Shown here: positions 1 through 14,200 of the stretch, in pieces | Numbering within the stretch: the stretch's first letter is position 1 | How the letters are laid out: the number at the start of each line of letters is the position of its first letter | Source of the DNA: the human T2T-CHM13v2.0 reference genome, Homo sapiens | Length of the DNA stretch: 64,000 nucleotides | Direction: 5' to 3' (one strand) | NCBI RefSeq assembly: GCF_009914755.1 | Contig: NC_060940.1 | Program-made: the position numbers and the translations under genes | The notes under the pieces: generated by a model | Database searches by the model: none | Seen by the model: only the letters and a program-made list of their open reading frames with translations | Told to the model about the DNA's origin: nothing

Positions 1-90
1 TGGAGCCCGTTCGATAATTCCATTTGAGTCCAACCTATGATTCCATTCATTTCCATTCAATGATTCCATTCGAGTCCATTTGATCATTCC

Positions 91-3000
91 GGTAGGGTCC
101 ATTCGATGTTGATTCCATTGGAGTGCATTCGATGATTCCATTCGAGTCCATTTTAGGATTTGATTCGAGTCCTTTCGATGATTCCATTCGATTCCACTCG
201 ATGATGATTTCATTCGAGTCCATTCGACACTTCCAATCGATTCCATTTGATGATTCCATTCGAGTCCAATTGATGATTCCATTCAATTCCATTCGATGAT
301 GATTCCGTACGATTCCATTCTGTGATGATTCCATGTGATTGCATTCAATGATGATTCCTTTCGATTGCATTCGATTATGATTCATTTCGTGTTCATTCTA
401 TGGTTCCACAGGTTTCCATTCGTGTCCATTCCATTATTCCATTCTATTCCATTTGATGATGATTCCATTCGATTCCATTCATTGGTGATTCCACTCAATT
501 CCATTCAATGATTCCATTCCATTTCTTTCAACAATGATTCCATTAGTTTCTAATCGATGATCCACTTGATTCCATTTGACGACGATTCCATTCTTGTCCA
601 TTCGATGATTCCATTTGATTCCATATGATGATGATTCCATTCGAGTCCATTTGATGATTCCATTCAATTCCATACTCCGATGATTTCTTTTGAGCCCACT
701 CAATGCTTCCACTCGATTCCATATGATGATGACTCCATTCGATGAAATTCGATGATGATTCCATTCGCTTGCTTCGATGATGATTCCACTTGAGTCCGTT
801 AGAAGATTCTATTCAATTACATTCCATGACGATTCCGTTCGAGTCCATTTGATGATTCCATTAGACTCCATTCGACGATGATTCCATTCGATGTTATTCC
901 ATGATTCCATTCGATCTCATTCGATGATGATTCCATTCAACTCCATTCGATGTTTCCATTCGAGTTCATTCTATTATTCCATTAGATTCCATTCGATGAT
1001 GATTCCATTCGATTCCATTTGACGATTGCATTCTATTTCATTTGATGATGATTCCATTCGAGTCCACTCGATGATTCCATTCGAGTCCATTTAATGAATA
1101 CATTGGTTTCAATTCTATGATGATTACATTGGATTCCATTCGTTGATGATTTCATTCGGCTCCATTCAATGATGATTCCATTCAATTCCTTTCAATGTTT
1201 CCATTCAATTCCATACGATGATGATTCCATTTGATTCGATTCGACAGTGAGCCATTCGATTCAATTCCATGATGATTCTATTTGATTCAATTGGTTGACA
1301 TTTCCATTCGATTCCATTCGATGATGATTCCCTTTGATTCCGTTCAAAGATGATTCCATTCTAGCCCATTCAATCATTCCATTCGATTCTATTCAATGAT
1401 GAATCCATTCATGTCGATTTGGTGATTCCATTTGACTTCATTTGATGATGATTCCTTTCAAGTTCATTAGATGATTCCATTCGATTCCATTTGATGATGA
1501 TCCCTTTCGAGTCCATTCAGTGATTCCATTCGTTTCCATTCCATGATGATTCCATTCCTTTCCATTCAATGATTCCATTCGATTTCGTTTGATGATGATT
1601 TCATTCGAGTCCATTTGATGATTCCATTTGATTCCATTCGATGATGATTCCATTCGAGTCCATTCGATGATTCTATTCGAATCCATTTGATGATTTCTTT
1701 TGATTATATTTGGTGATGATTCCATTGGAGTCCATTCAATGATTCCATTCTATTCCAATCGATGATGATTCCATTAGAGTCCATTTAATGATTCCATTTG
1801 ATTCCAGTCTCTGATGATTACATTCGAGTCCATACGATGATTCCACTCAATTCTATATGATGATGATTCCATTTGATTCCATTCGGTGATTCCATTCTAT
1901 TCTAATCAATGGTGATTCCATTCTATTCTATTCAATGGTGATTCCATTCGAGTACATTAGATGATTCCATTCGATTCCATTCAATGATGATTCTATTTGT
2001 GTCCCTTAGATGATTCCACATGATTCCATTAGATGATGATACTATTTGAGCCCATCCAATGATTCCCTTCGATTCCATTCGATGAGGATTCCATTCGATT
2101 CAATTCATTGGTGATTCTATTCAATTCAATTCTTTGATTCCATTCCATTCCATTCGACAATGATTCCATTCGATTTCTTTCGATGATTCCACTCGATTCC
2201 ACTTGACATTGATTCCATTCGATTCCATTCCATGATTCCATTTGATTCCAGTGGATGATGATTGCCATCGATTCCATTCGATCACTCCATTCTATTCCAT
2301 TTGATGATGATTACATTCGATTCCATTTGATGATTCCATCTGATTCTATTCGAGGATTCCATTTGATTCCATTCGATGATGATTCCATTCGAGTCCATTC
2401 GATGATTTCATTCCAGTACATCCAATGATTCCATTCGAGTCCATTAGATGATTCCATTTGATTCCATTTGAAAATGATTCTACTAGAGTCCATTCAATGA
2501 CTCCATTCGAGTCCATTCAACAATTCCATTCGACTCCATTCGATGATTCCATTCGATTCCATTTGATGATTCCATTCGAGTCCATTTAATCATTACAGTC
2601 GAGTCCATTTGGTGATTCCACTGGATTTCTTTTGATAATGATACCATTCAATTACATTTGATGATGATCCCATTCAATTTCATTTGATGATGATTCCATT
2701 AGAGTCCATTCGATGATTTCATTCGAGTCCCTTCATTGATTCCATCCGATTTCATTGGATGATGACTCCATTCGAGTCCATTCGATGATTCCACTCGATT
2801 CCATTAGATGACTCCATTGGAGTCCATTTGATTGTTCCATTCGATTCCATTCGATTCCTTTCGAAGATTATTCCATTTGAGTCCATTCGATGATGATTCC
2901 ATTCCATTCCATTCGATGATTCCGTTTGATTCCATTCGATGATTCCCTTCGATTCCTTTCTTTGATGATTCCATTCCATTCCATTCAATGATTCCATTCG

Positions 3001-5199
3001 AATCTATTCCATGATGATTCCTTTCGATTCCATTCGCTGATGTTTCCGTTCAATTCCATTCGATGATGATTCCATTCGATTCCATTCATTGAGGATTCCA
3101 TTTGATTCCATTCAATGATGATTCCATTCTATTCCATTCAATGATTGCATTCAATTCCATTCAATGATTATCCCATTAGAGTAAACTCAACGATTCCATT
3201 CAATACCATTCGATGATGATTCCTTTTGAGTCCATTCAATGATTTCATTCAAGTCCATTTGATGATTCCTTTCAATTCCATTCTATGATGATTCCATTCG
3301 AGTCCATTCGATGATTCCATTCGATTGCATTCGATGATTCCATTATATTCCATTCAACGGTGATTCCATTCGAGTCCATTCCATGATTCCATTAGAGTAC
3401 ATTTAATGATTGCTTTGTTTTCAATTCGAAGATGATTACATTGGATTCCATTCTATGATACCATTCGATTCCATTCAATGATGATTCCACTCAAATCCAT
3501 TGGATGATTCCATTCGTGTCCATTCGGTGATTTCATTAGATTCCATTCGAGGATGATTCCATTCGATTCCATTCGATGATTCCATTCAATTCCATTCGAT
3601 GATGATTCCATTCCAGTCCATATGATCATTCCATTTGATTTCATTCGATGATGATTCCATTCGATTCCATTCGACGATTCCATTCTATTCCATTCGATGA
3701 TGATTCCATTCGAGTCCATTCGATGATTCCATTCGAGTCCATTTAATGATTCCATTGGGTTCAATTCAATGATGATTACATTGGATTCCGTTCTATGATT
3801 CCATTCAATTCCGTTCATTGACAATTTGATTCCATTCGATGATGATTCCATTTGAGTTCATTCGATGATTCTATTCGATTCTCTTCGATGGTGATTCAAT
3901 TCTATTATATTGGATGATTCCATTCGATTCCATTTGATGTTGATTCAATTCGATTCTATTCGATGATGATTCCATTGGATTTCACTTGATGATTCTATTC
4001 GATTCCATTCAATGATGATTCACTTCTCGTCCATTGGATGATTCCATTTCATTCCATTCGATGATGATTCCATTCGATTCCATTCAATGATTCCATTTGA
4101 TTCCATGCGACGGTGAGCAATTCGATTCAATTCCATGATGATTCTATTTGATTCAATTAGATGATGTTTCCATTCGAATCCATTCCATGATTATTCCATT
4201 GGAATCCATTCGGCGATGATTCCATATGAGTCAATTCAATGATGATTCCATATGGGTCCGTTCGATGATAATTCCATTTGATTTCATTCGATGCTTCTAT
4301 TCTATTCCAGTCGATGATGATTCCGTTGGAGTCCATACGATGATTCCATTTGATTTCATTTGATGATGATTCCATTCGATGATGATTACATTGGATTCCA
4401 TTCTATGATTCCATTCAATTCCATTCGTTGATGATTCGATTCCATTCAATGATGATTCCATTTGAGTTCATTCGATGATTCTATTCGATTCCGTTCGATG
4501 GTGATTCAATTCTCTTATATTGGATGATTCCACTCGATTCCATTTGATGATTATTCCATTGGAGTCCACTTAGTGAATCCTTTAGATTCTACTCGACGAT
4601 GATTCCATTCGAGTCCATTCGATGATACCATTCAATTCCATTCGTTGATGCTTCCATTCAAGTGCATTCGATGATATCATTCGATTCCATTTGATGATAA
4701 TTCCATTTGATTCCATGCGATGATTCTATTCGATTCCATTCAATGATAATTCCATTCAATTCAGTGATTCCTCTGGACTCCATTTGATGATGATTCCATT
4801 CAATGATTCCATTCGATTCTATTCCAAAATGATTCCATTTGAATCCATTTGATGATGATTCCATTAGATTCCATTTGATGATTCCATTCGATTCCATTCG
4901 ACGATGATTCCATTCGATTCCGTTTGATGATTCCATTCTATTCTATTCGATGATGATTCCATTCGATTCCATTCGATGATGATTGGATTCGATTCCATTG
5001 GATGATTTCATTTGATTCCATTCGTTAATGATTTCGATCAATTCCATTCGATGATTCCATTCGATTCCATTCGATAATTATTACATCCGAGTCCATTCGA
5101 TGATTCCATTGGAGCCCGTTCGATAATTCCATTTGAGTCCAACCAATGATTCCATTCATTTCCATTCAATGATTCCATTCGAGTCCATTTGATCATTCC
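91..5199 (+). repeat. HOR unit 1, 5109 bp (1028-bp deletion, 1-bp deletion, 26-bp duplication)
   Basis: Anchor spacing 91 to 5200. 6112-1028-1+26=5109. Deletion junction at 626-644, GCTTCG instead of GCTTTCG near 771, tandem duplication at 1885-1936. Confidence 0.92.
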
Positions 5200-8100
5200 G
5201 GTAGGGTCCATTCGATGTTGATTCCATTGGAGTGCATTCGATGATTCCATTCGAGTCCATTTTAGGATTTGATTCGAGTCCTTTCGATGATTCCATTCGA
5301 TTCCACTCGATGATGATTTCATTCGAGTCCATTCGACACTTCCAATCGATTCCATTTGATAATTCCATTCGAGTCCAATTGATGATTCCATTCAATTCCA
5401 TTCGATGATGATTCCGTACGATTCCATTCTGTGATGATTCCATGTGATTGCATTCAATGATGATTCCTTTCGATTGCATTCGATTATGATTCATTTCGTG
5501 TTCATTGTATGGTTCCACAGGTTTCCATTCGTGTCCATTCCATTATTCCATTCTATTCCATTTGATGATGATTCCATTCGATTCCATTCATTGGTGATTC
5601 CACTCAATTCCATTCACTGATTCCATTCCATTTATTTCAACAATGATTCCATTAGTTTCTAATCGATGATCCACTTGATTCCATTTGACGACGATTCCAT
5701 TCTTGTCCATTCGATGATTCCATTTGATTCCATATGATGATGATTCCATTCGATTCCATACCATGATGATTCCATTCGAGTCCATTCAATGGTGATTCCA
5801 TTCAATTCCATTCGATGATTCCTTTCGATTCCATTCGATGATGATGGCATTCGATTCCTTTCAATCATTCCCTTTGATTCCATTCAAAGGTGATTTCATT
5901 CAAGTCCATTCGACAATTGCATTCGATTCCATTCTATGATGATTCCATTCGAGTCCATTTGATGATTCCATTCAATTCAAGTCAATGATGATTCCATTCG
6001 ATTCCATTCGATGATTCCATTGGATTCCATTCGATGATGATTCCATTCAAATCCATTCGATAATTCAATTCAAGTCCATTCGATGATGATTCCAATCGAA
6101 TCCATTCAAAGATTCCATTCAGTTCCATTCGATGATTCCCTTAGATTCCATTCGATGATTCCACTTGATTGCATTTACGATGATTCCATTCGATTCCATG
6201 TGATGATTCCATTCAATTCTATTCAATGATGTCTCCATTTGATTCCATTCGACCATGATTGCCTTTGATTCCATTCAATGATTCCATTCGGTTCCGTTTG
6301 ATGATGATTCCGTTCGATTCCATTTGATGATTCCATTTGATTCCATTGGATGGGTCCATTCGATTACATTCGATGATTATTCCATTCGAGTGCATTAGAT
6401 GATTCCATTCGAGTCCATTCGATGATTCCATTCGATTCCATTCGATGCTGATTCTGTTCAAATCCATTCGATGATTCCACTCGATTCCATTCGTTGACTC
6501 CATTTGATCCCATTCGATGATTTCCTTTGATTCCCTTTGATGATCATTCCATTTGATTCAATTCGGTGATTTCATTTGATTCCATTCAGTGATGTTTCCA
6601 TTCGACTCCATTCGATGATGATTCCATTCGACTCCATTCGATTATGATTTCATTCAATTCCATTCGATAATGATTCCCTTCGAGTCCATTCGATGATTCC
6701 ATTCGATTCCATTCAACGATGATTTGATTCGTGTCCATTCGATGATTCCATTTGATTCCACTTGATGATGATTCCATTCGAGTCCATTTGATGATTCCAT
6801 TCAATTCCATACTCCGATGATTTCTTTTGAGCCCACTCAATGCTTCCACTCGATTCCATATGATGATGACTCCATTCGATGAAATTCGATGATGATTCCA
6901 TTCGCTTGCTTTTGATGATGATTCCACTTGAGTCCGTTAGAAGATTCTATTCAATTACATTCCATGACGATTCCGTTCGAGTCCATTTGATGATTCCATT
7001 AGACTCCATTCGACGATGATTCCATTCGATGTTATTCGATGATTCCATTCGATCTCATTCGATGATGATTCCATTCAACTCCATTCGATGTTTCCATTCG
7101 AGTTCATTCTATTATTCCATTAGATTCCATTCGATGATGATTCCATTCGATTCCATTTGATGATTGCATTCTATTTCATTTGATGATGATTCCATTCGAG
7201 TCCACTCGATGATTCCATTCGAGTCCATTTAATGAATCCATTGGTTTCAATTCTATGATGATTACATTGGATTCCATTCGTTGATGATTTCATTCGGTTC
7301 CATTCAATGATGATTCCATTCAATTCCTTTCAATGTTTCCATTCAATTCCATACGATGATGATTCCATTTGATTTGATTCGACAGTGAGCCATTCGATTC
7401 AATTCCATGATGATTCTATTTGATTCAATTGGTTGACATTTCCATTCGATTCCATTCGATGATGATTCCCTTTGATTCCGTTCAAAGATGATTCCATTCT
7501 AGCCCATTCAATCATTCCATTCGATTCTATTCAATGATGATTCCATTCATGTCGATTTGGTGATTCCATTTGACTTCATTTGATGATGATTCCTTTCAAG
7601 TTCATTAGATGATTCCATTTGATGATGATCCCATTCGAGTCCATTCAGTGATTCCATTCGTTTCCATTCCATGATGATTCCATTCCTTTCCATTCAATGA
7701 TTCCATTCGATTCCGTTTGATGATGATTTCATTCGAGTCCATTTGATGATTCCATTTGATTCCATTCGATGATGGTTCCATTCGAGTCCATTCGATGATT
7801 CTATTCGAATCCATTTGATGATTTCTTTTGATTATATTTGGTGATGATTCCATTGGAGTCCATTCAATGATTCCATTCTATTCCAATCGATGATGATTCC
7901 ATTAGAGTCCATTTAATGATTCCATTTGATTCCAGTCTCTGATGATTACATTCGAGTCCATACGATGATTCCACTCAATTCCATATGATGATGATTCCAT
8001 TTGATTCCATTCGGTGATTCCATTCTATTCTATTCAATGGTGATTCCATTCGATTACATTAGATGATTCCATTCGATTCCATTCAATGATGATTCTATTT

Positions 8101-11100
8101 GTGTCCCTTAGATGATTCCACATGATTCCATTAGATGATGATACTATTTGAGCCCATCCAATGATTCCCTTCGATTCCATTCGATGAGGATTCCATTCGA
8201 TTCAATTCATTGGTGATTCTATTCAATTCAATTCTTTGATTCCATTCCATTCCATTCGACAATGATTCCATTCGATTTCTTTCGATGATTCCACTCGATT
8301 CCACTTGACATTGATTCCATTCGATTCCATTCAATGATTCCATTTGATTCCAGTGGATGATGATTGCCATCGATTCCATTCGATCACTCCATTTTATTCC
8401 ATTTGATGATGATTACATTCGATTCCATTTGATGATTCCATCTGATTCTATTCGAGGATTCCATTTGATTCCATTCGATGATGATTCCATTCGAGTCCAT
8501 TCGATGATTTCATTCCAGTACATCCAATGATTCCATTCGAGTCCATTAGATGATTCCATTTGATTCCATTTGAAAATGATTCTACTAGAGTCCATTCAAT
8601 GACTCCATTCGAGTCCATTCAACAATTCCATTCGACTCCATTCGATGATTCCATTCGATTCCATTTGATGGTTCCATTCGAGTCCATTTAATCATTACAG
8701 TCGTGTCCATTTGGTGATTCCACTGGATTTCTTTTGATAATGATACCATTCAATTACATTTGATGATGATCCCATTCAACTTCATTTGATGATGATTCCA
8801 TTAGAGTCCATTCGGTGATTTCATTCGAGTCCCTTCATTGATTCCATCCGATTTCATTGGATGATGACTCCATTCGAGTCCATTCGATGATTCCACTCGA
8901 TTCCATTAGATGACTCCATTGGAGTCCATTTGATTGTTCCATTCGATTCCATTCGATTCCTTTCGAAGATTATTCCATTTGAGTCCATTCGATGATGATT
9001 CCATTCCATTCCATTCGATGATTCCGTTTGATTCCATTCGATGATTCCCTTCGATTCCTTTCTTTGATGATTCCATTCCATTCCATTCAATGATTCCATT
9101 CGAATCTATTCCATGATGATTCCTTTCGATTCCATTCGCTGATGTTTCCGTTCAATTCCATTCGATGATGATTCCATTCGATTCCATTCAATGATTGCAT
9201 TCAATTCCATTCAATGATTATCCCATTAGAGTAAACTCAACGATTCCATTCAATACCATTCGATGATGATTCCTTTTGAGTCCATTCAATGATTTCATTC
9301 AAGTCCATTTGATGATTCCTTTCAATTCCATTCTATGATGATTCCATTCGAGTCCATTCGATGATTCCATTCGATTGCATTCGATGATTCCATTATATTC
9401 CATTCAATGGTGTTTCCATTCGAGTCCATTCCATGATTCCATTAGAGTACATTTAATGATTGCTTTGTTTTCAATTCGAAGATGATTACATTGGATTCCA
9501 TTCTATGATACCATTCGATTCCATTCAATGATGATTCCACTCAAATCCATTGGATGATTCCATTCGTGTCCATTCGGTGATTTCATTAGATTCCATTCGA
9601 GGATGATTCCATTCAATTCCATTCGATGATTCCATTCAATTCCATTCGATGATGATTCCATTCCAGTCCATATGATCATTCCATTTGATTTCATTCGATG
9701 ATGATTCCATTCGATTCCATTCGACGATTCCATTCTATTCCATTCGATGATGATTCCATTCGAGTCCATTCGATCATTCCATTCGAGTCCATTTAATGAT
9801 TCCATTGGGTTCAATTCAATGATGATTACATTGGATTCCGTTCTATGATTCCATTCAATTCCGTTCATTGACAATTTGATTCCATTCGATGATGATTCCA
9901 TTTGAGTTCATTCGATGATTCTATTCGATTCTCTTCGATGGTGATTCAATTCTATTATATTGGATGATTCCATTCGATTCCATTTGATGTTGATTCAATT
10001 CGATTCTATTCGATGATGATTCCATTGGATTTCACTTGATGATTCTATTCGATTCCATTCAATGATGATTCACTTCTCGTCCATTGGATGATTCCATTTC
10101 ATTCCATTCGATGATGATTCCATTCGATTCCATTCGATGATTCCATTTGATTCCATGCGACGGTGAGCAATTCGATTCAATTCCATGATGATTCTATTTG
10201 ATTCAATTAGATGATGTTTCCATTCGAATCCATTCCATGATTATTCCATTGGAATCCATTCGGCGATGATTCCATATGAGTCAATTCAATGATGATTCCA
10301 TATGGGTCCGTTCGATGATAATTCCATTTGATTTCATTCGATGCTTCTATTCTATTCCAGTCGATGATGATTCCGTTGGTGTCCATACGATGATTCCATT
10401 TGATTTCATTTGATGATGATTCCATTCGATGATGATTACATTGGATTCCATTCTATGATTCCATTCAATTCCATTCGTTGATGATTCGATTCCATTCAAT
10501 GATGATTCCATTTGAGTTCATTCGATGATTCTATTCGATTCCGTTCGATGGTGATTCAATTCTATTATATTGGATGATTCCACTCGATTCCATTTGATGA
10601 TTATTCCATTGGAGTCCACTTAGTGAATCCTTTAGATTCTACTCGACGATGATTCCATTCGAGTCCATTCGATGATACCATTCAATTCCATTCGTTGATG
10701 CTTCCATTCAAGTGCATTCGATGATATCATTCGATTCCATTTGATGATAATTCCCTTTGATTCCACGCGATGATTCTATTCGATTCCATTCAATGATAAT
10801 TCCATTCAATTCAGTGATTCCTCTGGACTCCATTTGATGATGATTCCATTCAATGATTCCATTCGATTCTATTCGAAAATGATTCCATTTGAATCCATTT
10901 GATGATGATTCCATTAGATTCCATTTGATGATTCCATTCGATTCCATTCGACGATGATTCCATTCGATTCCGTTTGATGATTCCATTCTATTCTATTCGA
11001 TGATGATTCCATTCGATTCCATTCGATGATGATTGGATTCGATTCCATTTGATGATTTCATTTGATTCCATTCGTTAATGATTTCGATCAATTCCATTCG

Positions 11101-11249
11101 ATGATTCCATTCGATTCCATTCGATAATGATTACATCCGAGTCCATTCGATGATTCCCTTTGAGCCTGTTCGATAATTCCATTTGAGTCCAACCAATGAT
11201 TCCATTCATTTCCATTCAATGATTCCATTCGAGTCCATTTGATCATTCC
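5200..11249 (+). repeat. HOR unit 2, 6050 bp (10-bp and 52-bp deletions)
   Basis: Anchor spacing. One GATTCCATTC decamer is missing at ~7611-7620 and 52 bp are missing at ~9181-9190. Confidence 0.92.
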
Positions 11250-14200
11250 GGTAGGGTCCATTCGATGTTGATTCCATTGGAGTGCATTCGATGATTCCAT
11301 TCGAGTCCATTTTAGGATTTGATTCGAGTCCTTTCGACGATTCCATTCGATTCCACTCGATGATGATTTCATTCGAGTCCATTCGACACTTCCAATCGAT
11401 TCCATTTGATGATTCCATTCGAGTCCAATTGATGATTCCATTCAATTCCATTCGATGATGATTCCGTACGATTCCATTCTGTGATGATTCCATGTGATTG
11501 CATTCAATGATGATTCCTTTCGATTGCATTCGATTATGATTCATTTCGTGTTCATTCTATGGTTCCACAGGTTTCCATTCGTGTCCATTCCATTATTCCA
11601 TTCTATTCCATTTGATGATGATTCCATTCGATTCCATTCATTGGTGATTCCACTCAATTCCATTCAATGATTCCATTCCATTTCTTTCAACAATGATTCC
11701 ATTAGTTTCTAATCGATGATCCACTTGATTCCATTTGACGACGATTCCATTCTTGTCCATTCGATGATTCCATTTGATTCCATATGATGATGATTCCATT
11801 CGATTCCATACCATGATGATTCCATTCGAGTCCATTCAATGGTGATTCCATTCAATTCCATTCGATGATTCCTTTTGATTCCATTCGATGATGATGGCAT
11901 TCGATTCCTTTCAATCATTCCCTTTGATTCCATTCAAAGGTGATTTCATTCAAGTCCATTCGATAATTGCATTCGATTCCATTCTATGATGATTCCATTC
12001 GAGTCCATTTGATGATTCCATTCAATTCAAGTCAATGATGATTCCATTCGATTCCATTCGATGATTCCATTGGATTCCATTCGATGATGATTCCATTCAA
12101 ATCCATTCGATAATTCAATTCAAGTCCATTCGATGATGATTCCAATCGAATCCATTCAAAGATTCCATTCAGTTCCATTCGATGATTCCCTTAGATTCCA
12201 TTCGATGATTCCACTTGATTGCATTTACGATGATTCCATTCGATTCCATGTGATGATTCCATTCAATTCTATTCAATGATGTCTCCATTTGATTCCATTC
12301 GACCATGATTGCCTTTGATTCCATTCAATGATTCCATTCGGTTCCGTTTGATGATGATTCCGTTCGATTCCATTTGATGATTCCATTTGATTCCATTGGA
12401 TGAGTCCATTCGATTACATTCGATGATTATTCCATTCGAGTGCATTAGATGATTCCATTCGAGTCCATTCGATGATTCCATTCGATTCCATTCAATGTTG
12501 ATTCTGTTCAAATCCATTCGATGATTCCACTCGATTCCATTCGTTGACTCCATTTGATCCCATTCGATGATTTCTTTTGATTCCCTTTGATGATCATTCC
12601 ATTTGATTCAATTCGGTGATTTCATTTGATTCCATTCAGTGATGTTTCCATTCGACTCCATTCGATGATGATTCCATTCGACTCCATTCGATTATGATTT
12701 CATTCAATTCCATTCGATAATGATTCCCTTCGAGTCCATTCGATGATTCCATTCGATTCCATTCAACGATGATTTGATTCGTGTCCATTCGATGATTCCA
12801 TTTGATTCCACTTGATGATGATTCCATTCGAGTCCATTTGATGATTCCATTCAATTCCATACTCCGATGATTTCTTTTGAGCCCACTCAATGCTTCCACT
12901 CGATTCCATATGATGATGACTCCATTCGATGAAATTCGATGATGATTCCATTCGCTTGCTTTCGATGATGATTCCACTTGAGTCCGTTAGAAGATTCTAT
13001 TCAATTACATTCCATGACGATTCCGTTCGAGTCCATTTGATGATTCCATTAGACTCCATTCGACGATGATTCCATTCGATGTTATTCGATGATTCCATTC
13101 GATCTCATTCGATGATGATTCCATTCAACTCCATTCGATGTTTCCATTCGAGTTCATTCTATTATTCCATTAGATTCCATTCGATGATGATTCCATTCGA
13201 TTCCATTTGATGATTGCATTCTATTTCATTTGATGATGATTCCATTCGAGTCCACTCGATGATTCCATTCGAGTCCATTTAATGAATCCATTGGTTTCAA
13301 TTCTATGATGATTACATTGGATTCCATTCGTTGATGATTTCATTCGGTTCCATTCAATGATGATTCCATTCAATTCCTTTCAATGTTTCCATTCAATTCC
13401 ATACGATGATGATTCCATTTGATTTGATTCGACAGTGAGCCATTCGATTCAATTCCATGATGATTCTATTTGATTCAATTGGTTGACATTTCCATTCGAT
13501 TCCATTCGATGATGATTCCCTTTGATTCCGTTCAAAGATGATTCCATTCTAGCCCATTCAATCATTCCATTCGATTCTATTCAATGATGATTCCATTCAT
13601 GTCGATTTGGTGATTCCATTTGACTTCATTTGATGATGATTCCTTTCAAGTTCATTAGATGATTCCATTCGATTCCATTTGATGATGATCCCATTCGAGT
13701 CCATTCAGTGATTCCATTCGTTTCCATTCCATGATGATTCCATTCCTTTCCATTCAATGATTCCATTCGATTCCGTTTGATGATGATTTCATTCGAGTCC
13801 ATTTGATGATTCCATTTGATTCCATTCGATGATGATTCCATTCGAGTCCATTCGATGATTCTATTCGAATCCATTTGATGATTTCTTTTGATTATATTTG
13901 GTGATGATTCCATTGGAGTCCATTCAATGATTCCATTCTATTCCAATCGATGATGATTCCATTAGAGTCCAGTTAATGATTCCATTTGATTCCAGTCTCT
14001 GATGATTACATTCGAGTCCATACGATGATTCCACTCAATTCCATATGATGATGATTCCATTTGATTCCATTCGGTGATTCCATTCTATTCTATTCAATGG
14101 TGATTCCATTCGAGTACATTAGATGATTCCATTCGATTCCATTCAATGATGATTCTATTTGTGTCCCTTAGATGATTCCACATGATTCCATTAGATGATG

